NCBI GenBank assembly: GCA_964384035.1
Contig: CAYLIB010000004.1
Location: 5,340-69,339 of the forward strand
Direction: 5' to 3'
Origin: an uncultured Candidatus Saccharibacteria bacterium
GTDB lineage: Bacteria; Patescibacteriota; Doudnabacteria; UBA920
Length of the DNA stretch: 64,000 nt
Each line of letters opens with the position of its first letter. Within the stretch, counting starts at the first letter, position 1. Below, one piece after another: positions 1-9,825 of this stretch. The notes beneath the pieces were generated by a model. The model was not told the DNA's origin. It ran no database searches and saw nothing but the letters and a program-made list of their open reading frames with translations. The translations under genes were made by a program, and so were the position numbers.

Positions 1-6
1 GGAGAG

Positions 7-2556
7 TTGAGCAGAAGGGAAATGGTTTATTTAACTCCGCTTAGAAAGCCAATAGATGGAACGTTACCACCAGTAAAAGAACCGTTATTTACATTTGAAA
101 CTCAAACACTCCCTGTTGGTCAGCTAAATACTACTTATACAGCTAAAATTTATTTCAACTACCATACTGCAGGTGAAAATTATGCTACTAATGCTTACTT
201 TTCGGGGTTACCTGCTGGTATAATTACTGGTAGTTCTTCTGGGCCAGACACTACTTTTGGTATCTTGCCTGGTATTGAAGGTCCAAATGGAAGGGCTTCG
301 GTTCAGATTTCTGGTATCCCTACGGTTTCGGGAACATATACTGTAACTCTCACGCTGAGTGATCAACATACTGTTAAGACTCAGAAGACTTACAGTTTAA
401 ATATACAAAGTCCTAGAATACCGTCTGATATTAGGGTAGGACAGGTCATTAACAAAGATGGAACAATTTATTTAGTAGCAACCAATGGTTTACTAGGATT
501 CCCTACATTAGCCGTGTTTAATTCGTGGGGTTTCTGTTTTGCGGATGCGCTTCCTGCTAATGCTTCTGAAAAGACTTTAACTCAAGTAGGAGTGATGCCG
601 ATGAAACCTGTAAACGCCGATATACCTAGCTGGATTCCTCCTTTAAAACCGTCGGTCTGTGTAGTAGAAGATAAACCGAATTTAACAGTAGCGTTAGACG
701 CTGCTTCGACCCCAATAGCGCAGACAGTACAAGCGGGAACAACTGATGTTATTTTCACTGGTATAGTAATGTACGCCACTGGTGGTGATGTGAATTTAGG
801 TCAAATGTCTATAGGTGCAGACACTGCTAGTGGTGCAGCGCTTGTGAAAAATATTAGACTTTTCGATGGTACGACTGAGGTTGGTTCGGTACAGACGCTG
901 AGTAATGTAAGTGCTGATGGTGTAGGAAGGTGGGGAACTATTCAATTTAGTGGAGGTAGATTAATTCCAAATAACTCTGCTAAAAGATTAACCATAAAGG
1001 CAGATGCAGTAGCTGGTCTGGCCGGTGTTGTTAAACTTGGGGTAGTAGGTGTTGCATTTAATCCTGGTTACAACGCGAATGTAACGTTGCCAAGTAATTT
1101 GTTTGGTAATCCAGTTACGGTTCAGTTGCCTCGCCAGGGGGTATCGAGTTTAAACGTAAGCCTTTCAGCGGCAACTCCTATTTCTCAAACTGTGGATGCC
1201 AATAAAACTGATGTTAAATTTTCAACCTTCAATTTGACCGCGATTGGTAGTGATGTGGGTTTATCTAAAATTTATGTAAATTCAGATTCTGCGAATGGGC
1301 AGACGAATATAAAAAATGTGAGGGTAATAGATGCCAGCACGAATACTGTTTTGGGTTCTGTGGCGTCTCTAGTAAATGTTGGAGCAGATGGAAATCAGCG
1401 TTTTGGAGTTGTTAATCTTAATTCTTTCGTCATTACTAAAGACAGTACAAGAACGGTAACCTTAATGGCTGATATTTCTTCTAGCGCAACTGGCTCGACA
1501 AAATTAGGGATTAATGGAGTTACTCTTAACCCTGAAACTAATACTGTTATTAATTTGCCAAACAATCTGTTTGGTTACCCCGTTACTTTCAATTCAGCTA
1601 TAGATGATACTGTGCTTGAGCTTCAGAAAATAGAATTATCTAACAATACTCTTACTCCTGGGGTGCCAAATCAAACAGCGCTAAAATTTAAGGTTACGAA
1701 TAAAACAAGTACCGCAAGACAACTTAATATTATTTCGGTACATGTTGCTACTACAAACGCGCAAGCTAGCGAATTTTCCCAAATGTACTGGTATTCAAAT
1801 GGGGTGCTACTTGGGAATAGACAAATGGTGAATAATTTTAATAGCATAGCTGGGACTTACTATATTGGCTCTACGGGTTCGACTATCCCACTTGTAACGG
1901 TACCTGCTTTGGGGTCTATAGATATCACGATTAACGTAGATGTACCTGCTTCGGCAGTAGCTGGCAGAAGCGCAGATTTTCATATTTTTGGTTACACATT
2001 GGGTTATATGGGTGGACCAAGTGATCCAGTGGGGAAATATGTAAAAATAATTGGTGGAACTACGGTTTCTAATACAGTCTCGATTGGCCAGAGTGCCACT
2101 AGTACTGGTGCTGTTGTTGCTCAGTTGGCTTCTAGTAACCCGACTAGCCTTACAATAAGTAGAGGAAGCCAGGGTGTAAATGTGATGGCCTTTAATCTCG
2201 CAAATCCCAGTGGTGAAAAAGTGAGTTTAGCTAGTCTTCGTTTGGTGTGTCAGGGTTGTGGTGGTGCGGTTGAATTTAGTGAAGCAAGAATTTATAGAGC
2301 AGGAACGCTCGTCGGTACAGCAAAACCTTCAGCTGGTAATCCATTTATAGACTTTGATTTAACCGGAACGCCGCTGGAGCTTGCAGTAGTTAGCATTTCT
2401 ACATTTACAGTCCAACTAGATTTAATTCCTACTGCGGTACAGCAATTTTCTCAAAATTTCTATATTGAGCTGCGATCGGTTGGTGTTTCTAAAGGTGGTG
2501 CAGATGTGTCGGTAGGAGGACTTCCACTTTATAGTAGTGCTCACAAAGTTCAGTAA
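7..2556 (+). CDS. Large repetitive secreted/surface protein rich in Ser/Thr/Asn/Gly/Val with tandem ~130-aa beta-rich repeats; 5' end may lie upstream of the window
   Basis: 849-aa ORF whose frame is open to the window start. Internal repeats are visible (e.g. NLPNNLFGYPVTF / TLPSNLFGNPVTVQ blocks); no Cys; adhesin or S-layer-like composition. Confidence 0.6.
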   Translation: MSRREMVYLTPLRKPIDGTLPPVKEPLFTFETQTLPVGQLNTTYTAKIYFNYHTAGENYATNAYFSGLPAGIITGSSSGPDTTFGILPGIEGPNGRASVQISGIPTVSGTYTVTLTLSDQHTVKTQKTYSLNIQSPRIPSDIRVGQVINKDGTIYLVATNGLLGFPTLAVFNSWGFCFADALPANASEKTLTQVGVMPMKPVNADIPSWIPPLKPSVCVVEDKPNLTVALDAASTPIAQTVQAGTTDVIFTGIVMYATGGDVNLGQMSIGADTASGAALVKNIRLFDGTTEVGSVQTLSNVSADGVGRWGTIQFSGGRLIPNNSAKRLTIKADAVAGLAGVVKLGVVGVAFNPGYNANVTLPSNLFGNPVTVQLPRQGVSSLNVSLSAATPISQTVDANKTDVKFSTFNLTAIGSDVGLSKIYVNSDSANGQTNIKNVRVIDASTNTVLGSVASLVNVGADGNQRFGVVNLNSFVITKDSTRTVTLMADISSSATGSTKLGINGVTLNPETNTVINLPNNLFGYPVTFNSAIDDTVLELQKIELSNNTLTPGVPNQTALKFKVTNKTSTARQLNIISVHVATTNAQASEFSQMYWYSNGVLLGNRQMVNNFNSIAGTYYIGSTGSTIPLVTVPALGSIDITINVDVPASAVAGRSADFHIFGYTLGYMGGPSDPVGKYVKIIGGTTVSNTVSIGQSATSTGAVVAQLASSNPTSLTISRGSQGVNVMAFNLANPSGEKVSLASLRLVCQGCGGAVEFSEARIYRAGTLVGTAKPSAGNPFIDFDLTGTPLELAVVSISTFTVQLDLIPTAVQQFSQNFYIELRSVGVSKGGADVSVGGLPLYSSAHKVQ

Positions 2557-2565
2557 TCTAATAAA

Positions 2566-2592
2566 ACCGCCGTAAATTCGGTGGTTTTTTTA
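2566..2592 (+). terminator. Rho-independent terminator after the surface-protein gene
   Basis: ACCGCCG / CGGTGGT stem (one G-U pair), loop TAAATT, then a T7 run. Confidence 0.7.
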
Positions 2593-2697
2593 TTCGAAAT
2601 TATTGAACTAATTGGATCAAAAAAGTGTTCAATAGTTGCAACTGGACAGAGGGGGCTGGTCGTTACATTATATAGAGGGGGAATTAACTAAAAATGT

Positions 2698-4419
2698 ATG
2701 AAAATTGGGATGTCTTTGGATAAAATTGTGGGGGTTTTTAAGTCTGTAATTGTGGGGTATCCTATTACCTCTGTTTTAACACTCGTGGGGGTAATTTGTG
2801 GATTAATTTTAGTAGGAAGTTCGAGTAATTTAATGGCCTCACGGATGTTGTTTACAGCTTTGTTGTTTTTTTCAGTTTCTATAGGTCTTAAGCAGATTGA
2901 AAAACAAGGTTTTTCCAAAAATTTTAAGATTTGGTCATATCTTTTGTCTGCAATTTTGCTGGTCTTGTTTTTTGTATATAGGAGCGGAATGGATGGGTAT
3001 ATATTAAGAGATATATTGCAGTTTATTATGTGGTTTGGGTTGGGTGTGTTGTTTTTAAGCATATCTCCTTTTTTATTAAAAAATTTAGGAAGTGCTCAGG
3101 ATTATTGGGAATATTGTAGAAGGATAGGTAATGCCATAGCAGCAGCCTTTGCATATTCGGCGATAGTTTTTTTAGGTTTATCGGTTGCACTTAAAGCTAT
3201 CAATGAACTTTTTTCACTTTATTTACAAGGGGAGGTCTGGGTGCAGTTGTGGATTTTGGTAGTAGGGTTGATGAGCGTGCCAATATTCCTTACTAAGTTT
3301 CCAAATGTAGATGCAAAAGCAGATATAGAGAATTTCCCAAAAGAAATAAGGCTTTTGGGGGGTTGGGTATTTTTGAGCTTAGTTAGTATATATTTTTTAA
3401 TTCTGTATACATACACAGTTCAAATTCTCATTACTAACGAGTGGCCAAAAGGTATTATTTCGGCACTTATTGTTGGGTTTTCAACTTTAGGGTTGGCTAC
3501 GTTTGTAATGTTGTATCCGCTTTCCATGCGAGAGGATAGGTATAAAAAGATTTTTACAGTAATGTTTATTTCTTTCATTCCTCAGGTAGCGGTACTGTTT
3601 TATGCATTGTCCTTTAGATTGAAAGACTATGGAATTACTGAAAATAGATATTTATTGTTTGGTTTTGGTTTGTGGTTGGTTTTGATTTCTTTGTATTTCA
3701 TTTTTAGTAAAGTAAAAAACCTTAAAGTGGTAGTTTATAGCCTCGCGATTGTATTAGTTTTAGTTTCGGTGGGTCCATTGAGTGCATCGAACGTGGCTAA
3801 GAATAGCCAGCTTTCCAGGTTGAGGAACTTACTAGCCTCGGGTGATCTTTTAGAAAACAATAAACTTAAAAAGGGAAGCGTAGGAGAAAGTAATTCTAGT
3901 GGAGAGATTTATAGTTTATTTAGATATTTTAATAGTTATCATGGTGTGTCTTCTTTAAAAAATCTATTTCCTAAGGAAGTAAAACTCACTTCTTTGCAGG
4001 ATGTGGTTGATTATGCTGGTCCAGATTATGGTTCTGGGTATGGAGATTTGGATAGTAGATATTTCTTTACTAACAGGGATGAACAAGGGTCTATTAATAT
4101 AGCAGGTTATGATTATCTAGTTGAGCAATATGGAATTCTTAAGATAGGAGATGATACTTATACTTTTGAATTGGATCAGGATAAATATGTTTATGAAATT
4201 AGGAAGAATAATCTGACCGTAGGAAAAATAGATTTAAATCCGTTATTAGAAAAACTTAAACAGAATACTACTAGTGGTCAGAGTATGGGATTCTCTAGTG
4301 AAGAGATGAGTGTGGTTTTTAGTGAAGGTAATTTAGATGTAAAAATACATTTTGACTCAATAAATCTCCAGGGTCGAAGGCTTGAGGTAACGGGATGGAA
4401 ACTGGTAAAAATAAAATAA
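2698..4419 (+). CDS. Polytopic membrane protein (about 10 predicted TM helices) with a C-terminal soluble domain; function unknown
   Basis: 573-aa ORF. Long hydrophobic segments occupy the N-terminal ~370 aa; the C-terminal ~200 aa are hydrophilic. Confidence 0.6.
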   Translation: MKIGMSLDKIVGVFKSVIVGYPITSVLTLVGVICGLILVGSSSNLMASRMLFTALLFFSVSIGLKQIEKQGFSKNFKIWSYLLSAILLVLFFVYRSGMDGYILRDILQFIMWFGLGVLFLSISPFLLKNLGSAQDYWEYCRRIGNAIAAAFAYSAIVFLGLSVALKAINELFSLYLQGEVWVQLWILVVGLMSVPIFLTKFPNVDAKADIENFPKEIRLLGGWVFLSLVSIYFLILYTYTVQILITNEWPKGIISALIVGFSTLGLATFVMLYPLSMREDRYKKIFTVMFISFIPQVAVLFYALSFRLKDYGITENRYLLFGFGLWLVLISLYFIFSKVKNLKVVVYSLAIVLVLVSVGPLSASNVAKNSQLSRLRNLLASGDLLENNKLKKGSVGESNSSGEIYSLFRYFNSYHGVSSLKNLFPKEVKLTSLQDVVDYAGPDYGSGYGDLDSRYFFTNRDEQGSINIAGYDYLVEQYGILKIGDDTYTFELDQDKYVYEIRKNNLTVGKIDLNPLLEKLKQNTTSGQSMGFSSEEMSVVFSEGNLDVKIHFDSINLQGRRLEVTGWKLVKIK

Positions 4420-4431
4420 TGTGCGAATTTT

Positions 4432-4456
4432 AAAGCCGGCGTATGCCGGCTTTTTG
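4432..4456 (+). terminator. Rho-independent terminator
   Basis: AAAGCCGGC-GTAT-GCCGGCTTT hairpin followed by a T-run. Confidence 0.75.
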
Positions 4457-4638
4457 TGTATTACAACATATGTCTTTCAGGTAAGCGTTAAATAAAAATA
4501 TGGGGTGTTGTTAAGCCTTGAATTGTGGTTAAAAGTGGTAGAAAAGTGCGTTTAAGAGGTGTTTTGAGGGTATATACAATGGGATTTAGTTATTGCTATA
4601 TACGGCAGCAAGGAATGCGAGTAGGCTTAAGTTACGGC

Positions 4639-4670
4639 TTAAATAGTTAAATTATTAAATAACTATTTAA
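4639..4670. promoter_or_regulatory. Candidate operator: perfect 10-bp inverted repeat TTAAATAGTT-N12-AACTATTTAA upstream of the ArsR-family gene
   Basis: Palindrome read directly from the sequence, ~25 nt upstream of the 4694 start. Confidence 0.35.
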
Positions 4671-4693
4671 TTAATTTTTCCAGAAATAAATTT

Positions 4694-4999
4694 ATGTTGT
4701 CAGAAAAACAAATATTAAGAATAAGAAAGACCTTTAACGGAACTAATCAGAGAATAATTTTTAAGATTCTTGGTGATAGGAATCGGTATCGAATTTTTGA
4801 AATGCTTGGAAAACACCCCGAACTCACTGTTGGTGAAGTAGCAACTATACTTAAGATTTCTAATCCTTTAAGTTCTCAGCATCTGAAAATTTTAGTAGAT
4901 GGTGATCTTTTGGAAAAAGAGAAGCGGGGGCAAAAAGTATTTTATAGACTGAGAGTGGATAATAAGTTAGCACAGTCTATTATTCACGAAATAATATAA
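4694..4999 (+). CDS. ArsR/SmtB-family HTH transcriptional regulator
   Basis: 101 aa; the segment RYRIFEMLGKHPELTVGEVATILKISNPLSSQHLKILVDGDLL resembles the ArsR winged helix. Confidence 0.75.
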   Translation: MLSEKQILRIRKTFNGTNQRIIFKILGDRNRYRIFEMLGKHPELTVGEVATILKISNPLSSQHLKILVDGDLLEKEKRGQKVFYRLRVDNKLAQSIIHEII

Positions 5000-5366
5000 A
5001 TTACAGTTTTGGGTGTTCAAAGGTCGTGTGTTAGAAGGGTTATTCAATTGCTAATATCAGAAATTTTAAATGAAAGAGGAATTCTATGGAAAAGGTCAAA
5101 ATCACTTTTTCTCTGAACTTGGATTATTATCCGATGTATCAGTGCGACCCGTCTGCCTGTGTCGTTAGGCAATTAGTTGGTGGCCGTTGGTAATTTATTT
5201 ACCAATTGAGAGGTCGTAATAACAAATAAAGACAGCGTCATAAAGTATATAGCCAATTAGTATATGAGCGCAGTGTAGACGTTACACTGCGCTATTGGTG
5301 CTCTAATGAAAAAAGTTTGGGTTTTAAATTTTAAAGATATGTTAATAATAATTAAACAAATATCGT

Positions 5367-5615
5367 ATGGGAATAATTTTATGGATAGTTTTTGGGGCCA
5401 TTGTGGGTTGGATGGCTTCGATTTTTATGAAAACAGATGTGGAGCAAGGGCCTATTTTGAATATAGTGGTGGGTATTCTAGGATCTGTTTTGGGAGGTTG
5501 GATAATGAGTCAAATAGGAAAAACAGGGGTAAGTGGATTTAATCCATATAGTTTCTTGGTGGCTTTGTTAGGAGCAATGATACTTATAGGATTGGTAAAA
5601 TTGGTAAGAAGATAA
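5367..5615 (+). CDS. GlsB/YeaQ/YmgE-family small transmembrane protein
   Basis: 82 aa; GIILWIVFGAIVGWMAS...GILGSVLGGWI resembles the transglycosylase-associated small membrane proteins. Confidence 0.55.
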   Translation: MGIILWIVFGAIVGWMASIFMKTDVEQGPILNIVVGILGSVLGGWIMSQIGKTGVSGFNPYSFLVALLGAMILIGLVKLVRR

Positions 5616-5653
5616 AAAAATGCCTGGATGTTTTATCCAGGCATTGTTTTTTT
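5614..5653. terminator. Bidirectional rho-independent terminator
   Basis: 11-bp stem AATGCCTGGAT/ATCCAGGCATT flanked by an A-run and a T-run; it sits between convergent genes. Confidence 0.75.
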
Positions 5654-5984
5654 ACAGCTTGATCCCTACTAGGCTATATGCTTTTACCCACCACTGGTGG
5701 GCTATTGGTTCTTTTTCAATATTGGGCTCATGGCATATGAGCCTAATTATTTTTGGAGATACTTTTATTCTCATAACCCTAAGTGTAATTAAGGCAAAGT
5801 ATGTTTTTGCTATTTGTTCTTTTGACCAGCCTTTAATTACATCACAGGATATTAGACTTAGGCACTCTTTAATTTCTAAATTTATCTTGGCAGTCTCAAA
5901 TCTTTTTGAGGATTTAGAAGAGACCAGTCTAATGAGTTTATCCGGTAATTCTTCACTGCAATTTTGAAGTGTTTCGATTTCCAC
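5652..5984 (-). CDS. Hypothetical protein
   Basis: 110-aa ORF, more protein-like than the overlapping plus-strand ORF; in tandem with the 6008-6460 minus-strand gene. Confidence 0.35.
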   Translation of the reverse strand: MEIETLQNCSEELPDKLIRLVSSKSSKRFETAKINLEIKECLSLISCDVIKGWSKEQIAKTYFALITLRVMRIKVSPKIIRLICHEPNIEKEPIAHQWWVKAYSLVGIKL

Positions 5985-6007
5985 CTCCTTGAAAATATTG
6001 GATTGTT

Positions 6008-6460
6008 TTATATTTTAGTTTGGTGATCTTTTAGATCTTTTATGATGTTGGAGATTTTTTTAAGTTCTTGTTTTATTTTTATCAATTCTTTAGCTTCGAT
6101 TTTTACTTCATCTTCTGTTTTTTCAGAAAGTTTTTTTTCACCTTTTACTCCAGAGATCAGGATTTCGTTTCCGATAAAATTAGAGACCAGAGTCCCTGTT
6201 ATAAGTAGTATAAGTGTACCTATTAGTATGGAAAGTGGGCCATCCCACCATAGCAATTGTTGAAGATTTATACTAGATTCAGAGTAATTTGCATAGGCTG
6301 AGATTAGAGTCATTAGAAAATCCATGCTGTGCCATATACCTCTCCAGAATATTACTATACCTGCCCCTGCAAAAAGGGCATACCAAATGGGGAATTTACT
6401 TAGAAAACCTCTGGTGTGGTCTTCGAGTCTGTCGAAGAAGTGATAAATTTTTTTATACAT
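6008..6460 (-). CDS. Membrane protein with a C-terminal Lys/Glu-rich coiled-coil tail; function unknown
   Basis: 150 aa with two hydrophobic helices followed by a KE-rich region. Confidence 0.5.
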   Translation of the reverse strand: MYKKIYHFFDRLEDHTRGFLSKFPIWYALFAGAGIVIFWRGIWHSMDFLMTLISAYANYSESSINLQQLLWWDGPLSILIGTLILLITGTLVSNFIGNEILISGVKGEKKLSEKTEDEVKIEAKELIKIKQELKKISNIIKDLKDHQTKI

Positions 6461-6734
6461 CTGAATATTTTTGTATTATTTGTTTGGGTAAAGTATGTTA
6501 TATCTCCCGGCATGGGAGCTAAAAGTTTTTTTACTAGAAATTTTTAGACAATATTAATCCTTATTAGTATTCTATACTGTTTTAAATTTCAGTGAAGAGT
6601 AAAATAATTATGATATCCTAGAGATATAATTAATTTAAATAAAATTATGAATAGAATAACAAGACTTTTTGTTTTGGTTATGTTAATGGGGCTATTTGGG
6701 TCAATAAATAATAATGTAGATAAGTTTCTGTAAT

Positions 6735-6770
6735 AAAAGCCAATAAATATATAGTATTTATTGGCTTTTT
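6735..6770. terminator. Strong hairpin terminator (11-bp stem GCCAATAAATA/TATTTATTGGC)
   Basis: Flanked by AAAA and TTTTT; it follows a 28-codon signal-peptide-like mini-ORF (6647-6733). Confidence 0.6.
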
Positions 6771-6838
6771 ATAATATAAATTAAATATTGTAGATAATTT
6801 TTTGACAAAAAATAAATATTGCTTCATACTTTTTTGGT

Positions 6839-7585
6839 ATGAATACCAGGCAATTACTCAAGGATTTTGGATTGAGCGATAAAGAAATATCAGTCTACTT
6901 GGCTTTAGTAGAACTTGGGCCTTCTCCGGTGAGACAAATTGGAGAAAAGGCTGAGATCAACCGTGGGACAACGTATGATATTCTTAGGTCTCTACAGGAC
7001 TTAGGTTTAGTTTCTTTTTTTGACAAAGAAGCAAAACAGTACTTTACAGCTGAGGATCCTGAAAAGCTTATAACCGCACTTGATGAAAGAAAAAAGAATA
7101 TAGATAAGGTGCGGGGTGAGCTTACAGAGCATTTACCTGAATTACGTGCTTTGTTTCAGGTTTCAGGAGATAAGCCAAGAGTGGCTTTATATGAAGGAAT
7201 GGAAGGTGTTAGGCAAATTCTCGAAGATGTACTGGATGTTATGGATGAGACGGAAACACGTGAATACTATGTTTATTCTTCCGCTGGGATTCGTGGAAAT
7301 GTTTATGAGGCCATGCCGGATTTTTCTAACAGAAGAATAAAGCGAAAAATTTCGGTGAAGACGTTAGCACTTGGAAATGGTGGGCAGACAGTGGGTCTTG
7401 ATGAACGCAAGTGGCTGCCAACAAATGGGAAAGAATTTAAATCGACATACGAAATTATTTATGGTAATAGAGTCGCGCATATTAGTTTGGACGTAGGGCA
7501 GAATCCTGTAGGAGTAATTATTCAGAACAGTGGAATATACGAGACTCAAAAATTTATCTTTAATTCTCTTTGGGAGAAAATATAG
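6839..7585 (+). CDS. TrmB-family transcriptional regulator
   Basis: The N-terminal HTH LSDKEISVYLALVELGPSPVRQIGEKAEINRGTTYDILRSL is typical of the TrmB family. Confidence 0.7.
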   Translation: MNTRQLLKDFGLSDKEISVYLALVELGPSPVRQIGEKAEINRGTTYDILRSLQDLGLVSFFDKEAKQYFTAEDPEKLITALDERKKNIDKVRGELTEHLPELRALFQVSGDKPRVALYEGMEGVRQILEDVLDVMDETETREYYVYSSAGIRGNVYEAMPDFSNRRIKRKISVKTLALGNGGQTVGLDERKWLPTNGKEFKSTYEIIYGNRVAHISLDVGQNPVGVIIQNSGIYETQKFIFNSLWEKI

Positions 7586-7589
7586 CTAA

Positions 7590-7862
7590 ATGAGTATTAC
7601 GATAGATTTTAGTTGGATATTGGTTCTATACGCTATCGTGTGGTTATTGGCTTTTGTTAGACTTTCTTATTTGCAATGGATTGAAGCAAAGGTGAGAAAG
7701 CAGATGGATGCAGAAATATTTAAAATAATAAAGGAGCCTGTCCCTGTATCGATTAAGAATGGTCAAATAAGAAATATAAATAATATATATGAACCAGAAA
7801 TTGAAAGAATAAAAAGAAGTAGAGAGTTCGTAAGGGATATAATACCTTTTTTAAAAAATTAA
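7590..7862 (+). CDS. Small membrane protein, hypothetical
   Basis: 90 aa with an N-terminal TM helix. Confidence 0.45.
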   Translation: MSITIDFSWILVLYAIVWLLAFVRLSYLQWIEAKVRKQMDAEIFKIIKEPVPVSIKNGQIRNINNIYEPEIERIKRSREFVRDIIPFLKN

Positions 7863-7870
7863 TGTTCGCT

Positions 7871-7904
7871 TTTTGAAAATCTGGCTTTGCCAGTTTTCAA
7901 AAAT
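7871..7904 (+). promoter_or_regulatory. Hairpin in the intergenic region/5' leader upstream of glmS
   Basis: TTTGAAAA(T)CTGGC-TTT-GCCAGTTTTCAAA inverted repeat; no T-run follows it. Confidence 0.4.
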
Positions 7905-7988
7905 ACTTCTCCGGAAAAGAGAGGCTGTAGCGAAGCGAAAGGTTTGGAAGAGAAAAACCTGGTAAGGTTTGTCTCTCCAAGGATATAT

Positions 7989-9824
7989 ATGTGTGGAATT
8001 GTCGGATATATAGGTAATAAAAATGCAGAGGAAATATTGGTGGATGGGTTAACTCGACTCGAGTATAGGGGGTATGACTCGGCTGGTATTGCTGTTTTAG
8101 GTGAGGCAGGTTTTAGTGTTTTTAAAACTAAAGGACGAGTTAAGGATCTTGAGGATAAGATTAATGGACATGAGCTTAAAGGGAATCTTGGAATTGCTCA
8201 TACTCGCTGGGCAACACACGGGGAACCAAGTGATGTAAATGCTCATCCACACTGCGATGATAAAGGTCAGGTTTATTTGGTCCATAACGGGATAATAGAA
8301 AATTATCGACAACTTAAAGAAGAGCTTATTAGTGAAGGACATGTTTTTGTTAGTGCTACAGATAGTGAGGTCTTAGCACATTTAATAGCTAGAGAGCTTG
8401 AGAAGGAAAGGTCCCTAGTGAAAGCTGTGCGTAAGGCTTTGCGTCTAGTAATTGGTGCTTATGGTATTGCAGTTGTGGCAAAAGATTATCCTGGTGTATT
8501 AGTGGTTGCAAGACTGGGTAGTCCGCTAGTGATTGGTAGGGGGGAAGGCGAGAATATTGTTGCATCGGATGTGACTGCAATATTACCGACTACCCGAGAA
8601 GTGATTTATTTAAACGATGGTGAGATCGCTGAAGTAACGGCTTCGAAAATTACGGTATCAGATTTGGACGCAAGAATTAAAAGAACAAAGAGTGAAAAAG
8701 TAGACTGGAGCTTGGAAGAAGCTAGTAAGGGTGGCTTCGAGCACTATATGCTTAAAGAAATTTATGAGGCACCAGATGCAGTAAAAAATAGCATGCGAGG
8801 TCGTTTAGATTTTGCGAATGCGACAGCAAAACTTGGTGGTTTGGAGGATGTGAGTAAAAGACTCTCTAAAGTAAAACATATAACTATGGTGGGCATGGGT
8901 ACTGCGAGGCTTGCTGCTATGGTAGGTGAATACATGTTAGAGGAGTACGCTAGGATTCCAGTAGAGGTTGAGTTCGCTGGAGAATATACTTACAAGCAAC
9001 AACCGAATATGGATGGGGGTGCGATTTTGGCTGTTTCGCAATCGGGTGAAACAGCAGACACATTGCTAGCGGTAAAAGAAGCTAAGAGAAAAGGAGTATT
9101 GTCTTTAGGTATTGTGAACGTTATAGCTAGTTCGATCGCAAGAGAGACAGATGCTGGTGTGTATAACCATATTGGTCCGGAAGTGGCGGTCGCTTCGACA
9201 AAAGCTTTTATTTCACAGTTAACAATTTTGACTTTATTCACTTTATTCTTAGGACGCCAGAGAGATATGTCTGTTGCTACCGCGGAGCGTATAATGAAGG
9301 AGTTAAAGGGTTTACCGGAGAAGACTAAAGGTTTAATTGCAGGTTTAGATGAAGCTATAAAAGTAATTGCAGATAAATATAAAGATAAACATAACTTTTT
9401 CTTTTTAGGTAGAAAATATAATTATCCGGTTGCATTGGAAGGTGCATTGAAACTTAAAGAAGTTGCATACGTCCATGCTGAGGGATATAACGCTGCTGAA
9501 ATGAAGCATGGACCGATTGCACTTTTGGAAAAAGATTTTCCGGTAATTGTAATAGCGCCGAGTGATAGTGTGTACGAGAAAAATTTAAGCCATATCCAGG
9601 AAGTTAAAGTTCGAGGTGCAAGGGTGATAGCTATAGCAACCGAAGGTAACGAAGAAATAAAAGAATTGGTAGATGACGTCATCTATATTCCGAGGACTCT
9701 AGAAATGCTAACTCCAATCTTGTCGGTGATACCACTTCAGTTGTTTGCATATTATGTCGCGGTAGCGAGGGGGGCAGATGTAGATAAGCCGAGGAATCTC
9801 GCCAAAAGTGTAACTGTTGAGTGA
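7989..9824 (+). CDS. glmS: Glutamine--fructose-6-phosphate aminotransferase (isomerising)
   Basis: MCGIVGYIG N-terminal nucleophile (start taken at the Met before the Cys, 7989), a GATase-2 domain and two SIS domains; ends KSVTVE. Length 611 aa. Confidence 0.9.
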   Translation: MCGIVGYIGNKNAEEILVDGLTRLEYRGYDSAGIAVLGEAGFSVFKTKGRVKDLEDKINGHELKGNLGIAHTRWATHGEPSDVNAHPHCDDKGQVYLVHNGIIENYRQLKEELISEGHVFVSATDSEVLAHLIARELEKERSLVKAVRKALRLVIGAYGIAVVAKDYPGVLVVARLGSPLVIGRGEGENIVASDVTAILPTTREVIYLNDGEIAEVTASKITVSDLDARIKRTKSEKVDWSLEEASKGGFEHYMLKEIYEAPDAVKNSMRGRLDFANATAKLGGLEDVSKRLSKVKHITMVGMGTARLAAMVGEYMLEEYARIPVEVEFAGEYTYKQQPNMDGGAILAVSQSGETADTLLAVKEAKRKGVLSLGIVNVIASSIARETDAGVYNHIGPEVAVASTKAFISQLTILTLFTLFLGRQRDMSVATAERIMKELKGLPEKTKGLIAGLDEAIKVIADKYKDKHNFFFLGRKYNYPVALEGALKLKEVAYVHAEGYNAAEMKHGPIALLEKDFPVIVIAPSDSVYEKNLSHIQEVKVRGARVIAIATEGNEEIKELVDDVIYIPRTLEMLTPILSVIPLQLFAYYVAVARGADVDKPRNLAKSVTVE

Positions 9825-9825
9825 T

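Noticed and set aside
5306-5542. Plus-strand 78-aa ORF overlapping the GlsB/YeaQ-like gene in another frame
   Set aside because: The alternative frame gives a recognisable small membrane-protein family. This frame is compositionally odd (W/G/F/D-rich) and is most likely spurious.
7863-7988. Possible glmS ribozyme in the 126-nt region upstream of glmS
   Set aside because: None of the conserved glmS-ribozyme core strings I recall (AGCGCCAGAACU, GACGAGG, UAAGCGCC) is present. Only a simple AT-rich hairpin is seen, so it is recorded merely as a leader hairpin.
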